This document shows positions 50,741 to 63,649 of a stretch of DNA of 64,000 nt, piece by piece. The stretch is from NCBI RefSeq assembly GCF_009834535.1, contig NC_045696.1, positions 12,030,001 to 12,094,000 of the forward strand, in the 5' to 3' direction. Both the position numbers and the translations under genes were made by a program. The stretch is from Camelus ferus (lineage: Eukaryota). The notes under the pieces are model-generated. The model made no database searches, was not told where the DNA came from, and saw nothing but the letters and a program-made list of their open reading frames with translations. How positions within the stretch are numbered: position 1 is the stretch's first letter; every line of letters begins with the position of its first letter.

Positions 50741-53700
50741 GTATGAGGCTACTGGGGGTTGCTCTCTTGAGAGAACAAGAAGAGATGGAGGAAGCCCCGG
50801 ACCCTCAGAAGCGTGAGGCGCAGGAAGGTGCTTTAAGGCCTACCTCCGTTTCATTTCAGAGCAGCTTCGGATTCCTTTGTGATGATATGCATAGTACACG
50901 TTAGTGAATTCTTCAGTGCTGGCAGGAGAGAGATTCTTTTAAGTTCCTTCTTTTAACATGTGTACTTGATAGATTTGTAATAAGCCTAGTATATGCTCAT
51001 TGCAGAAATTTGAGAAAATTTAGGTAAAGACCAAAGCAGAAAATTAAGGCCACCCTTACTCACAAAATCCAGAAATAACCTCGGTGAACATTTTGGTGTT
51101 TGTGCCTGCATTCTGGCTTCTACACGCACACATGTATGTGTATCTAATGGCATCATATCATGTGCACTGTTTGTAACCTGCTCTTTGACAGTAACTGATA
51201 CACCATGGGCATCTTTAGAGTAGGGAAAAACTGAAATAAATATGAATTTGACCTCCATGATGGGAAATTCATCTTCCTATGAACACACAGTTAGCCTCTT
51301 TTTTTTTTTAGTGACAGATGATTGAGCTCACTTCCTCTACTTTTACCTTAAGCTGTAGAAACTTGATCTTTTTCAAGGTAAGCCCAGTTTCTTTTTCTTT
51401 CTCCCTCCCTGAAGGATGGCTGGATGAATTGGATGGCCTTGAGCAAGGAAAGGGAAAGAGGAGAGGGGCTTTCCTTACTGTTTTTACTTTTGCATAATTA
51501 GTTGCACTAAAGTCTTATTTAATAGTCAGATCAGGTCTGAGAGAGAACTGGTACTTCCCCATTGTACAGACAGAGAAGGTGAGGCTCAGAGAGTGAGCCT
51601 TGAGCTCACAGCACTGTCACAGTCACTTTCAAAGGAGGTTCTGAAGCCACATCTGGGCTTTGTGCCAAGCGGGTGGTTACAGCAGCTGTCAGTCATCAGG
51701 AAGGCCGGTCCGTAAGGGGTGGGAGGATCTAGAAAATATTCTTAGGGGTGTGAAATGGTCTTCTCTGGGGAGGATGGAAACCGAAGGGAAAGTGGAAACC
51801 TTTTCGGTCACAATTTTATCCTAGAAGAAGCTGGATGAATGCGATGATGTTTTTGGACCTCCTCATTTGACACAGTGGTTTATAAAGATGGAGTAACTTT
51901 CACTACCTCAGCAAGTATCTCAGTTCTGTAATCCTGCAATCAGCAATTTTTGTACTTTTTTTTTTTTTAAACGGATCACTAGGACTTTTGTAAGGGAAAA
52001 ATATGGCTTCATATGAAGGAGAAATGGAACACCCTGGCTCAGATAAGCCTATTGGGTGGTCCTCTGTGGAGGAAAGGGAGAAGGGCATTTGTTTCAGGAC
52101 AAAGCTAGACTCAGCCCCCACGTAGGTGTTAAAAATAAGTGAGACACTGTTGCGTGCTTTGACTCCTTCACGTACACGAGTTCTAGCTTTTTAAAGATAA
52201 TGGTATTTCTGTTCACATTTTTCATTTTAATTACTTAACAGATTTGGTCTATTGAGGATTACTGCATTCTTTTATTTATAGATTAGCGTGATTCTTTACA
52301 GACCCATTAATATTCTGCAGAGCTGTGGGAGTTATTCTCAGAACTGCAGCTGAAGGTGTCAGAAGTAGGACTCTGGCCTTTTTTCTTTTAATAAGCCAGA
52401 CTCCAGAGGGTCCCTCCAAGGGGGAGCATTGCTTTGGAGCCTCCTGGGAACATCGGCTTTAGACCCCATCACGAATCGGAGGGTCAGTCAGAGTTAAGCA
52501 GTAAACTCTGGGGGCAAATTGAACAGTGAGTGGGGAAAAGAGTGATGTTAGGTACTTTTCAAGCTATTGCTTTGGTAGAAACTAAGAGACTGAGGGAGAT
52601 ATAATATTGTCACTGCAACTTAGAGACCATCTTTAGATCATGAGTTAGACCAGTTCCCCTATAAAGTGTCCCTTTCTGTCTCTTGACAGGTGTTTGATGG
52701 CGTTGTTAAGACACACATCCCTTTCTCTAATAATAAAAGGTCACCCCACCTAACTTTCCCTGGATCCTCAGGTCCCTCCCTCCCAAACATAGAAATAAAG
52801 ACAAAACCAATATGGTGTGGAACAAGCTTCCACTTCTTGAGTTTAAAAACAGAAAACTTGTGTATGCACTTTAAGAAATTGATGGTCTCGAGAAGAGCGC
52901 CCATGTAGGATAAATTATACAGTGTGCTCAGAGCCAGGTGCCTTCTAAAGCTTGCTGCTTCTTTGGAAAACACTTTATTGTAATTAGTGGAGCTGATTTT
53001 ATTCTTAGGAGGGAAAGAGATAATGGGGGAAACAGTGCCACATGTTATTAATGATCTAATTAATGTTGAGTGTTATTTTTTCCCCCCTCCTTTGGAGGAG
53101 GGACTGAAAACAAAGGTGATTGTCAGAATGTCTGTCTTTTATTTCTTATTGTCTTTCTCAACGTTGGTGATGGGTGCTTTCCCTAATATTTAATAATGGA
53201 TCTCTTTCTTCTGTCTCCTGCATTCAGCTCATTCTCTTTCCTATTCTGTCTGATCCACATCATTTCACATCAGTTTGTCATCTGCCATCCGAGCCACAAG
53301 TCGAGTTCTGGTACAGTAACTGTTTCAAGCTCTCCATTTCATGGACAATTCATGTTATGAATGTTATGAAAATGATTGTTGCTTAACATAGCAGGTAACC
53401 ATGTCGGCCTGTGGGTCTTAGATACTTTCTGATCATTGCAATTACTAAAATAATTGCCAAAAAAATTCATTCATTCCTACTCAGTTATAATTCACGTGTG
53501 ACCATGGGCGTATATCCATGCCTTCCCTATGTAGGCCTCTGGCCTTGGGAGTTCTAATAACTGTGGGCATTCAAAAAAAAAAAAGGTCACTTTGAACGGG
53601 AGGATAAATAGCTTTGGAAATTCTGCGGTAGCACTTTGTGTGTGTGTGTGTGTGTGTGCGTGGGTGTCTGTATGTAGTAACTGCCTGCATTTGTGTTTCC

Positions 53701-56700
53701 AAGTTCGACTGACATGCAAGAATATGAAGAGAATGGATGAGCAAAGCATGGTGGACTTGAAGGTCACGTTATTTTCTGCTGTGATTGGCTCAGACTATTT
53801 ATTGAGAAGACCTACATTATGTTTTGCTGTTTCATCCTTTGAAGTAGTCATAATTAAGAGGCAAGTTTCAGAAAACACGCCAACCAAACTAAATGATACT
53901 CGCTGTATGGCATCATTTGTGGCTACATTGTCTCAAAATGAGTCACGTGCTCTTTCAAGCAACTTAAGTCAATGAACACTGGAAGACAGGTTCGGACTGC
54001 TGAGGAGTTTCCTACCTGAGTTTCTCTTGGGATAGGGAATTTCCTCTTGAACATTTGGCAAGTCTAAAGCAGGCCAAATATTTAGAATCCCTGTGTTAAA
54101 ATATGCACTAGTACTTGGAATTCTTCTTGCCCACAGATGCATTGTGAACATGATGTTCAATCTGCCTTAATATTGACTTGCAGATATTGGAGGAGCGTGA
54201 AACTCTTGAGAGTTCTAATGAACGATTTAGTTAGTTCATTAGGATTTTCCCTTTATGTTAGACCAGCCATGACTAATGAGAACTCATAATTGAAAAACAT
54301 TTACCAAAATGATAAGACACACTGGTATACGGGTCCAGAGTTCCATTTTTAGGGTAACTATTTGCTGACCAAACCACGGACTCCCAGGTTACAAGTAAGA
54401 TCATTATACTTTTTATGTTTAGTGTACGTGCTCATTTTTATTTTTTAAAGTTACTAAGACATTATTGTAACTTAACGAAGCTTGAAAAACGTGGTGGGGG
54501 GCGGGGTGGCAAGAACCACCTTTATCACCACTGTTCTGGTCTCTTTGCTTTGTTAAACTCTTCAAGTGAGGTACCTTAACAATGGTGTTGTTTAACGCTC
54601 TCTGTGCGTCTGCATAGATGTTTTCAGCGCAGTCGCTTTTAAGGGGCGAGGATCCCCAGGCTTCATCAGGACCACCCTAAGTTCTTGGTGCCTGACAGTG
54701 GGCCGCCTCTCTCTCACTCCGAGGTTCCAGGAACCAGGAGCTTCTTAGATGAGGTTGCTCTGTGGGTCTGGTTTCCAGAAGACTCTGTAAGTGGCAGCCC
54801 CCTTGGGAGTGGCCACCGGGTGTTTATTAATAATGACAGTCAGGTTTCCGAGTGGATTTGTCCCTGTCAACCAAGACCCCATGACGTTTCACTTCTCTTT
54901 CCCTCCCACTTCAGTCGGAAACAGATGGTGAGCCAAAATATTTTGCTTCTAGTTTTAAAGACTTTAGTGAGGACCCAGGGTCGGTGGGAGCCCTGGCAGC
55001 TTCTGTCTCTGTGAGGGAGCCTTTCCTGCTTATCATTGTGCCCTGGGGATGATTATTTTGTGGTGGTTTGTTGGTCTTAGTGGCTCTGACAAGCAGTAGG
55101 TAGCACACTTGGGAAGTTTTCTGTTTCTGTTTCCCTGGCTTAGCCATCCACCCTGAGTGTTTGACATCAACGTTCTGCATCCTGCAGACAACGAACGTTT
55201 GGTCTTTAGGACCCATGGCGAAAGCCCAAAAGCCAGGTGTACAGGAAGGTGCTGGCTCGGGGGTGCCTGTGTTCAGATCACAGGCTGCAAACCCTCACGT
55301 CCCTCGGGAGAGGATGCACGTTGGAGGGTCCCGAGGATCACCACAGGAAACCTCCTCATCGTTCTGCTAGGTGTTTAGAACAAGCTCACATCTACTATCC
55401 GGAAGCGTGCTTTTCTATAATGCGAGATCCCTGTCTTGCGTGAACATTTATTTAAAAAGCAAGATCACCACTGTCCCCACCTCCCACGTTCTGCCCCTTC
55501 CCCGTAGCCACACTCCCCACCCCACCGAACATTGCATTTATAGTTTATTAATTTCCCTCTTCGCAGTGAAGTGCTGCCCACGTAAGAGTTTGTTAGATGT
55601 AACTGAATGACTATTATTGGAGTAATTATTGGAATGTTCTTAGTTTGGCCTTAACATTTGGGGGGGAGGGTAAGTAGAAAGAGTATTAAACTAGTGAAAA
55701 ACTAACTTCACTTATTTTGAAATAATTCTCGTCTGTTGAGCTTTTGATGTGAAGAGATTTTTATATGTATGAAAAAGCTTCCGACTTACCAAAGAGTAGG
55801 GAACGGTGTCCTGAACTCCGGCACTGAGGTTCCATAATTACCAAATTAGGTTTCATCCATTTACTAACTTGTTTCCACCCGCAGCTCTGGGTGATTTTGG
55901 AAGCAGATTCCAGGCATACCTTTACGTGCTAGTACTTTAAGATAAATCTCTCAAAGATAAGGATGCTTAAAAAAAAAAAAAAAGACTTGATAAGAACATT
56001 TTCTCTCTAGCTGGGCATTTTCATGTTGCCATGTAACTTTTCAAAATCTTTTTTTTTTTTTTTTCCTTTTCCTCGAAGCTAATTTAAGAATGACTTTCTA
56101 GATAGAAAAAAGCATTTGACCCATCCTGACCAGTGGAGAAGGCCTGGAGATTTCAATCCTTATCTGCTTTAGAATTGTTTTCTTTGGGCGAGTCATTCAG
56201 TGTGTTTCCAAAGTTGGACACGTGCCCGTCTGCCCTGCCCCCGGAGGGAGTCTCACTTGGGGTGTATATAAATAAGACCGAGATCCAAATGCTTTATCGT
56301 CACGCCGACTCTTTTGCAAATGAACTGTTAACAACTGTCCCGATGTCCCCATGTGGTTAAAAAAACAGCTTTGCCCAGGCACAGCTTTTCTCTGTCACTG
56401 TAAATCCTTCCTTGGCTTTCTTGTCATTTTTCTTCTCTAATCACCTATGGATGTTTGAAATTACGTGTAAGGGCCTTTTGGATCTGAGAGGTTTCATTGC
56501 AAAGCCAGTGTAAAAGAGCCGGATGGACCAGATAAGCAGAAGTGAAGATGTGACTGTCTTGTTCCTACCGATCATAAGATACCCACGGGATATTATTGTT
56601 CAGTGACATGATGTTCAATGACAGTTATTTTAAAGTTTGGGTTTTGGATGTCAACCTTTTAAGAAGCATAGAAATTTTACACTCCCCACCCCCCCAGCCC

Positions 56701-56839
56701 CCTCCAGTAACAAAGCTCCATTATTCTGAGGAATACGTGACAGTAAGTCAGTGGAGAACTCATTACGTCTATTTACTACTGAACAGACATTTTCTTGTCT
56801 TTTCTTTTCCTTTTTTTTTTTTTTTTTTTTGCATCGCAG

Positions 56840-56944
56840 ACACATCAGCTGGATCATTCCGCTCATTACCTGCGCCTGAAATTTCTAATAGAAAACAAAA
56901 TGCAGCACTACGTCCCAAAGCCCGAGGAGGACATTTACGAGCTG
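56840..56944 (+). CDS. TIAM1: TIAM1 coding exon 9 (105 nt): THQLDHSAHYLRLKFLIENKMQHYVPKPEEDIYEL (RBD)
   Basis: Long poly-T tract, acceptor tcgcag|ACA, donor CTG|gtaatg, phase 0-0. Confidence 0.96.
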
Positions 56945-58926
56945 GTAATGTTTATGACTGTCATCCAAGTACATTCTGCAGGAGATTATTTTTAAATTAA
57001 ATATGTGTGCTCATGCTAATTGTGGTTGGTGGAGTGGAATGAATTCTAAAATAAATGAGCCTCAGCCAGAGCTCTTAAGTTGGTGGAGATGGCCTTACAT
57101 ATCACAATATTTCTACAGAGCGGAAATGCCACCTTAGTTTATGCAGGGGATGAGGCTGTGCTATCATGACAAATTGAAATCCAGAACTGACTCTCAGATA
57201 GAATTTTTGCTATTATTCTTAGCTTCCCCTGCGGCTTTGATGGTCTTTTGTTTTAAGCGGGTGACTCAAGGGTGAGCTGGCTGTTCTCATATAGAGTTCG
57301 AACTCCAATTTTGTGTGACTTCCTCCTGCATGTTGAAATTGATGGGTCAAAATCCTGTTGAGTGAAAAAGCTGACATCTAATTATATGTCCTGGCCTTTT
57401 GGAATTAAATTTATATAGATTCTTGGGCACACTGATGTAGGTTCAGTTTTTGTTACGGGACTTGGGTTTTGAACTAGAGCTGGATTTTTATATTGGCTCT
57501 ATTGCTTACTAATTATGTGGTCTTGGCAAAAAAAAAAAAGAGGAGATGATACTTTTTAGGATTTTGCAAAGATCAGTTGATAATGGTTCATGTAGTAGAT
57601 GCTCAGTAAATTGTTGTCATGGTAACATGGTAAAACAATGAGGAGTTCCTTTTTTGTTCGCCAAGGGGTACATTTTTCAGTTCCAGGAAAGAAACATTTT
57701 GGGAGCAAGGCTCCTCTGTCTTGGAGTTTGTTCTCCTTTCTCTGCACTTGGTCATTCCTCTGGGGGCCACCGAGCTGCTTGCCACGGATATGTGAATGAT
57801 AACAGTATGACTTCAGACCATGTTTCACCGCAGAAAACAGCACTGAAAATTTAAACCCAAATAGTCTCTTTTTGAAAAAGGGGAAGCGTGATTTAAAAAT
57901 TTAGTAGGGAATTTAGTTCCAAATCAACTCTTTTGAGGTTGGCTTTATCTACAATAAAACTCACCAATTTTGAGCACACAATTTGATAAGTTTTGACAAA
58001 GGTAGTTGTTTCCACCACTGCAGTCATAATTTGGAACATTTCTGTCATCTTGAAAACGTCCCTCGTTTCCCTCTATGTGTTTTTATTGAATATAAGAGAG
58101 AGTGTGCTTTGGTAACACTTACCATGTCACGAAGTGGAAGAACAAAAAGACCAATTTCAACCATCACTTGAGTCAGTGAAGTGTTAACAGAGGAAGGCAC
58201 TTGTAACAGCGGCTGATTTCCTTTTTCTCTGGCGTGGGGAAAGCCCTGACTTTGTGCTCTCTGAGTAGAGGAAAGAAAATCTTTTTTTTTTACTTTTTTT
58301 TTTTTTTTTTACTTAAAAAAAGGAAGCAGTTTGCTGCTAACACTGGAATAGCTATTAGAGCAAGTATTTTGCATCTTGGGGTAAATGAATCTTATATATC
58401 CTAAATGACAGGGGTCACACCTAACCAGCTTCCATGTCCTTCATGTCTTATAGCAGATGCGTAAGCCATATCTTTTGAAATGATACTGACTCACTTATTA
58501 TTTTTAAGTCTTGGCCATTGGTGTGGTCTCATCCGATAGAGGAGACTAAGGTGTGCGAAGCTTACTCTGTTTGTATCTACACTGGCTGTATCCATGTTAT
58601 AATTACAATTTAAAAAAAAGAATCTAAAATACAGGGAGATCGTGGCATTCTTTCTTGCCATGTTGCAGAACTTCTCCAGCTTCAAGATTCCTAAGGAAGT
58701 AAATGTCATTGCCTTTCTCACTTCATTGTTCAGATTGTGAACGAGTATTGCTCACCGGCACCTCTATTTTTACCAAGAATTTTAAACTTTGTTTTTAGAA
58801 TTCCTTTGGCAGTCTGGTGAAGCCTCTAGATCCCATCTCAGAATAATATTTTCAGTTGCATGGAATAGAATATATAGGATTACTGTGGCCTAACTGTGTT
58901 GAAATAGTGATCAAAAATATTTTTAA

Positions 58927-59064
58927 GGGATGAGGGCATAGCTCAGTGGTAGAGCACATGCTTAGCATGCACGAGGTCCTGGATTCAATACCCAGTACCT
59001 CCATTAAAATTCAAAACAAAACAAAACAAAACGCCTAGCTACTTCTCCCTCCCAAAAAAGAAAA
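58927..59064 (+). mobile_element. tRNA-derived camelid-type SINE (first of a tandem pair)
   Basis: gggatgagggcatagctcagtggtagagcacatgcttagcatgcacgaggtcctggattcaatacccagtacctcc, then an (AAAAC)n tail. Confidence 0.88.
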
Positions 59065-59097
59065 ATTATATATATATACGAAATATGAAAGCTTTGT

Positions 59098-59231
59098 GGG
59101 GGAGGGTATAGCTCAAGTGGTAGAGTGTTATGCATAGCTTATACAAGGTCCTGGGTTTAATCTCCAGTACCTCCTATAAAAATAAATAAATAAGTCAACC
59201 TAATTACTTCCCCCCAATAAATAAATAAAAA
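59098..59231 (+). mobile_element. tRNA-derived camelid-type SINE (second of a tandem pair)
   Basis: gggggagggtatagctcaagtggtagag...ggtcctgggtttaatctccagtacctcc, then an (AAAT)n tail. Confidence 0.88.
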
Positions 59232-60237
59232 GTACAATACATAAACAAACATTTTCTTAATTATAGAAAATATATGTGCTTACTTACTGACTCATTAAAT
59301 AGTAAGACCCAGCCGTGTCTGATACCTGCCACTGTTTTGAGTAGGGATGAGCATAAATAATATTTTGAGATATTAGCATTAGCTAGAATGTGATATGAAA
59401 GTAACTGTGGTTTCTGTGTGTGACAGGGTCACAGGCACTGCTCGTATTGCTGTGTTTGTTGCCCACATTCATTTATGATTGAAGGAAATGCTAAGTTTCA
59501 GTCACTGGTTAGTAAATATGAGAATGTTGGGTTTTCTCACCATCCCAGGTCACAGACCCCTTAAATTCTATACATATACAGCCCTGGTTTCCGATCCTTA
59601 CTTGAGGCCATCAAACTGGGTGAGGTGTCATTCCAGGGCAGGGTGTTTCTGGATACACAGTGTTCCTGGATGCTTTTTCGAGATTTTACAGATATTTGAT
59701 TTATTGTCCCTTACTGAACAAGCATCCGACTATTCATGGCTAATTGGTTTCCATAGCCCACCTCCATTTTATTTTTGATGGACTGTGGAAGCTTACAGAT
59801 GTTTCAAGTCCTATCCTTAAAAATGGCTCATTCACAGATGACTATCCCAAACCATTTTATTCTCTGCTATTGTTTGGACAAATATTCTTGAGTCATAAGG
59901 TCCGTAGTTAATAGTAAAAGTGTGTATCATATTTTTTTTTTTTTGCAGGAATCTAGTGTGTTACTTGATGGGGCCAGTGATTCTTTTGCTTATGAATGAC
60001 CGTGAATAGTTAGCCATCTACTTACCTGCTTCGTTGATTATGCTTTAATATAAAACATAAGTTTATATGAAAAGAAAAGTTTGGTTCTCTTTCAAGATAA
60101 GCTGGTTATTGAGTCCAATCCATGGAATGATCATGAAAATAGAGGCACTGGGTTTTTTAAAAACCCCATATTAAAAATGGTTTTTCTTAAAGTGACAGGT
60201 GGGATTAAAGAGTTTGCAGAAATACTGATCGATTGCT

Positions 60238-60910
60238 GTATTCATTCATTCATCCAGCAAAATTTATTTAGCACTTATTGTGTGCGTGGCACCATTCTAA
60301 CTGTTCTGGACACTGAGAGGCACAGAAAAATCCCTGCTTTACGGAAAATACATTCAAGTGTGTGGAGACAGATTTAAAACGTGTACATTTTAAAAAAATG
60401 AAAACAAAGAAATGTGTGATATTTCAAGGGATGTTAAGAGCTTGGGAAGAAAAGTTAGGACAAACAGATAGAGAAAAACAGACATCTAACAGCGATTGTG
60501 CTGTTCCCTTAGATGTGAGGTTTGAACAGGGTGGTGACTGAGGTGAGTCACAGAGGTATTTTGGAGGGAAGTGTTCTTGGCTGAGATAACAAAGCCAGGT
60601 GAGGCCCTGGCAGGGGCAGGGAGGCAGCGGTGGAGGTGGTTTGCCCCTGTCATGGGGAGGGTAAGTGCGGAGGTGGTATGGGGAGGTGGTTGCAGGAGAT
60701 GGAGGGCAGGACCGTTGGTCTTGTTGGGCCCAAATGAGAAGGGAAATCCCAAGAGAAGAAGGACATGGCTTCTGTCTTATAGGCTCACTGTGGCTTATGT
60801 GTGGCCAGTGAACCTTAGGGCATTAGGGCAGGAGCTGGGAAAGCAGGCAGGAGGCCAATGAGCTGTAGTCCAGGCAATGGGTGATGGTGGCTGGGACCAG
60901 GCATCTAAAG
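60238..60910. mobile_element. L2 LINE fragment
   Basis: attcattcattcatccagcaaaatttatttagcacttattgtgtg...; gtagtccaggcaatgggtgatggtggc. Confidence 0.65.
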
Positions 60911-61296
60911 GAGACATGGTAAGAAATTACCGTGATTTTGTGATATCTCAAGTGCTGGGGTAATCAGATTGTTTCTTAAAGTCTGATGGTCTTTAATCTG
61001 GTTTTTGAAAAGGGGGAAAATACGCAACCTTCTTGATGTAATAAAATAAAGGGAATATGTATGTGTGTGATTCTTCTTTTTTAGAAATATGTTTAAAAAC
61101 TACACAATTTCAGGATTTCTGGTTTCAGATATTGTGATTATATCAAAAATATATTTCAAAGTGCTGATCCTACTTGAAATTTTACATATTTTATTAGAGC
61201 CTTTCACTAAACCCAATTTTTGTTCAACCAGCCTAAGGGCCATGACCAAGGGGTCCTGTCTGTATTATACTGTTGTTTTCTGAGACTGGTTGGAAA

Positions 61297-61299
<3 letters not shown>

Positions 61300-61333
<34 letters not shown>
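61300..61333. repeat. (CA)17 microsatellite
   Basis: Read directly. Confidence 0.95.
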
Positions 61334-61336
<3 letters not shown>

Positions 61337-61475
61337 TTTTACACCCATTACAAAGAAGAGGAGGAGGTAATATAATGAAAGAACAGGAAAGATTATTTAC
61401 AAAGCTAAATTCCCACTGAATCGATGGGAAACCATTTGGAACTTTCTGGAGATGATTAGAACAAATGGTGGTATA

Positions 61476-61489
61476 CTGCCACCTAGTGG
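61476..61489 (-). promoter_or_regulatory. Candidate CTCF site (reverse)
   Basis: Reverse complement CCACTAGGTGGCAG fits CCASYAGRKGGCR. Confidence 0.6.
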
Positions 61490-62260
61490 TGGATGAGTTT
61501 GGCTTGAAAGGAAATTGAAAAATAAAACTAAGTTTCAAAGTAAGTTGAAGTCAATACATGTCGTAACATTTTATTGAGCATTCGGTGACATTACAAAACA
61601 TGTCATAAAATGTATTCTATTTGGTATGTATAATTTTGGTGACTGTATTTTCTGAACTAAAGATCAGTAATTAGATCTGCTTTCTTCTGACTGCAGAATT
61701 TATTTGTGTGAAAATTTTTCTGAAGTATAGAAACACTTTAAGTTATGCCCTTAGCACATTGCACTTGGTGGCAGTTGCATTAAATTGGGGTGTTGTAGAT
61801 GATCTGGGCTGTGGGGTCGGCGCTCCTAGCCCACCCCCCTCACCCCCCTTGGCTTTCTTTTGCAGCAGGAAACATTACCTGTTTTCCAGGCTTCTGAATT
61901 CTAAGCATTATGCTTGCCTCTCCCACCTGTCAACTGCGCTAAGACAGTGAAGAGAAAGAAACCTACATTTGTTTCTTACTTGTCAGAATGCAGTTATTTC
62001 AGGACAAATGACTGTGTGGTCAGAGATGGGAGCAAGTTGAAATAATTGCTGAATCCTCTCTTTAGTGCTGAAGGACAGCTTTCTGTTTTTGACTTTGCCT
62101 TGAAGTAGATTTTTCATTTTGAAATTAAATGACGATTTTTAAATTCCATATGAGCCTTTGACACATTTATTTGTTTTGGATTTTTTATCACAAATTTGGG
62201 AAACGGCTTACTTACCTAAGAAGAGCGGTTTGGTACCCTTTGCTGTGGTCCCTCTAAGTT

Positions 62261-62273
62261 CCACCAGGGGGCG
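62261..62273 (+). promoter_or_regulatory. Candidate CTCF site (forward)
   Basis: CCACCAGGGGGCG is an exact core consensus. A TGCTGT upstream-module-like sequence begins 20 nt before it, at 62241. Confidence 0.65.
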
Positions 62274-63176
62274 GTCTGGGAGGCATTATTAGTGGAGAGA
62301 ACTTCAGTGCTGAAGCCACTGAGATCTAGGTTCAAATCCAGCTCTGCCCATGCTTGCCTCTGACCTTATGAAAGTACTTTTTCTGTGGCCTTTTCTTTTT
62401 CGTTTGTAAGATGGGGATCATGTTTGTCTCATAGAGGGCGTAGGAGGGGCAAAGATACATGGTAAAACCTTCATAAGTTATGGTCCATGACGATACCAGG
62501 TCCAGACGTACAAACATGAAGTATCAATTAAGTGATTAATTGAAATAAAGTTTCTCTGTGAACCACCAGTTTCCCTCACCTCTTTTTCTGTGTTTCCTTG
62601 GGTTTCCCAGAGTTGATTGATTTATGTACTTAAGTCTTCTAGCTAATTTGATATAATTTGGGGGCTCAAAGGGAATACCCTCATTTATATAATTTGTTGC
62701 CTGTCTCAATGCTGTAACTTTTCTCTATGTATTTGTACTACTGTGGACTTTTTGAGCAAAAATGGTATCTGGACAGAAGAGAACGGAAGCACAGAGATTA
62801 CTCCTATTTCTCTGGGTCCCATATCAAGACCCTTACAACCTCTTCCTGAGGTTAATAATCTTTTCCCCCCTGTACTGGAGATTTTTGATTACTTTAGCAT
62901 TAATTTTCAGGTCTGTGACATGTATAGGGTGGGAAAAGACATACAGAGTGATGTTGAGGAATTGTTTAGAAGCCAGAACTGTAGCTAAATTTGGGAATAT
63001 GAGTTCTAAGTTTCCACTCTGAGTCTTAATGGGGTCAGCACAAGACAAATCCTGGGATGTGATGAGCATTTGATTTCAAGTACCAATTGTGAAAAAATAG
63101 ATTTACAAATTGATGACCATGCCTCATAAGTTATTTATGATGAAGTCCTAATTAGACTTCTCTTTGTCATTTTCAG

Positions 63177-63258
63177 CTGTACAAAGAAATTGAAATCTGT
63201 CCAAAAGTCACTCAGCACATCCAGATTGAGAAGTCAGATACAGCCAGTGATAATTATG
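63177..63258 (+). CDS. TIAM1: TIAM1 coding exon 10 (82 nt): LYKEIEICPKVTQHIQIEKSDTASDNY(G), leading into the PDZ domain
   Basis: Acceptor tttcag|CTG, donor TATG|gtatgt, phase 0 to 1. Confidence 0.95.
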
Positions 63259-63649
63259 GTATGTTTACTTTTCTTTGATCTTGGGTGTTCTTCAAGTTAA
63301 AACAATTCCTGTGTAAACATGTACTTACTTACAATTCAATAAAATGCCTTGGAGGCCTATTTAAAACAGATAGCCCATCTGGCTTCTGTGCTCTGCATAA
63401 CAGCCAAACTTGGGGAAAAAAGAGATATTTACCAGGGCATGACCAAGATTGTAGCTTTAAATATCATAACTTTGATCATTAGGGGAGGGTGTCTACTGTC
63501 TTCAAAAAGAAATAGATACATTGGGAGTAGACTTTTATATGATGATGTGCCCTGGTGATGAGGAAATGATCCTTTCACACCTCTGTGTCCCAAATATATG
63601 TAATATTCTCCCTTCCCCCACAAATGATGTTAAAAGGACTTCTTTTGGT

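Larger units (their letters stand above)
58790..59590. mobile_element. hAT-Charlie-type MER element split by the SINE pair
   Basis: ctttggcagtctggtgaagcct...ctcagaataat on the left; gattgaaggaaatgctaagtttcagt...ggttagt on the right. Confidence 0.6.
3185..63258 (+). other. TIAM1: TIAM1 gene, partial: 10 coding exons (about codons 1-858); 5'UTR exons lie upstream and the DH-PH/C-terminal exons downstream of the window
   Basis: The spliced translation matches recalled mammalian TIAM1 (MGNAESQ...; PHn domain AQGTVRKAGALAVKNFLVHKK...; RBD; PDZ start). All introns are GT-AG with consistent phases apart from the exon-5 indel. Confidence 0.98.

Noticed and set aside
51780..51808. Imperfect hairpin accgaaggg...ccttttcggt
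   Set aside because: Short and mismatched; expected by chance.
58927..59000. tRNA-Ala-like gene
   Set aside because: It is a SINE head: A-rich tail, several diverged copies in the window and no proper acceptor stem.
3196..63258. Whole locus as a TIAM1 pseudogene
   Set aside because: Only one lesion was found; all splice sites and the other nine exons are intact and conserved.
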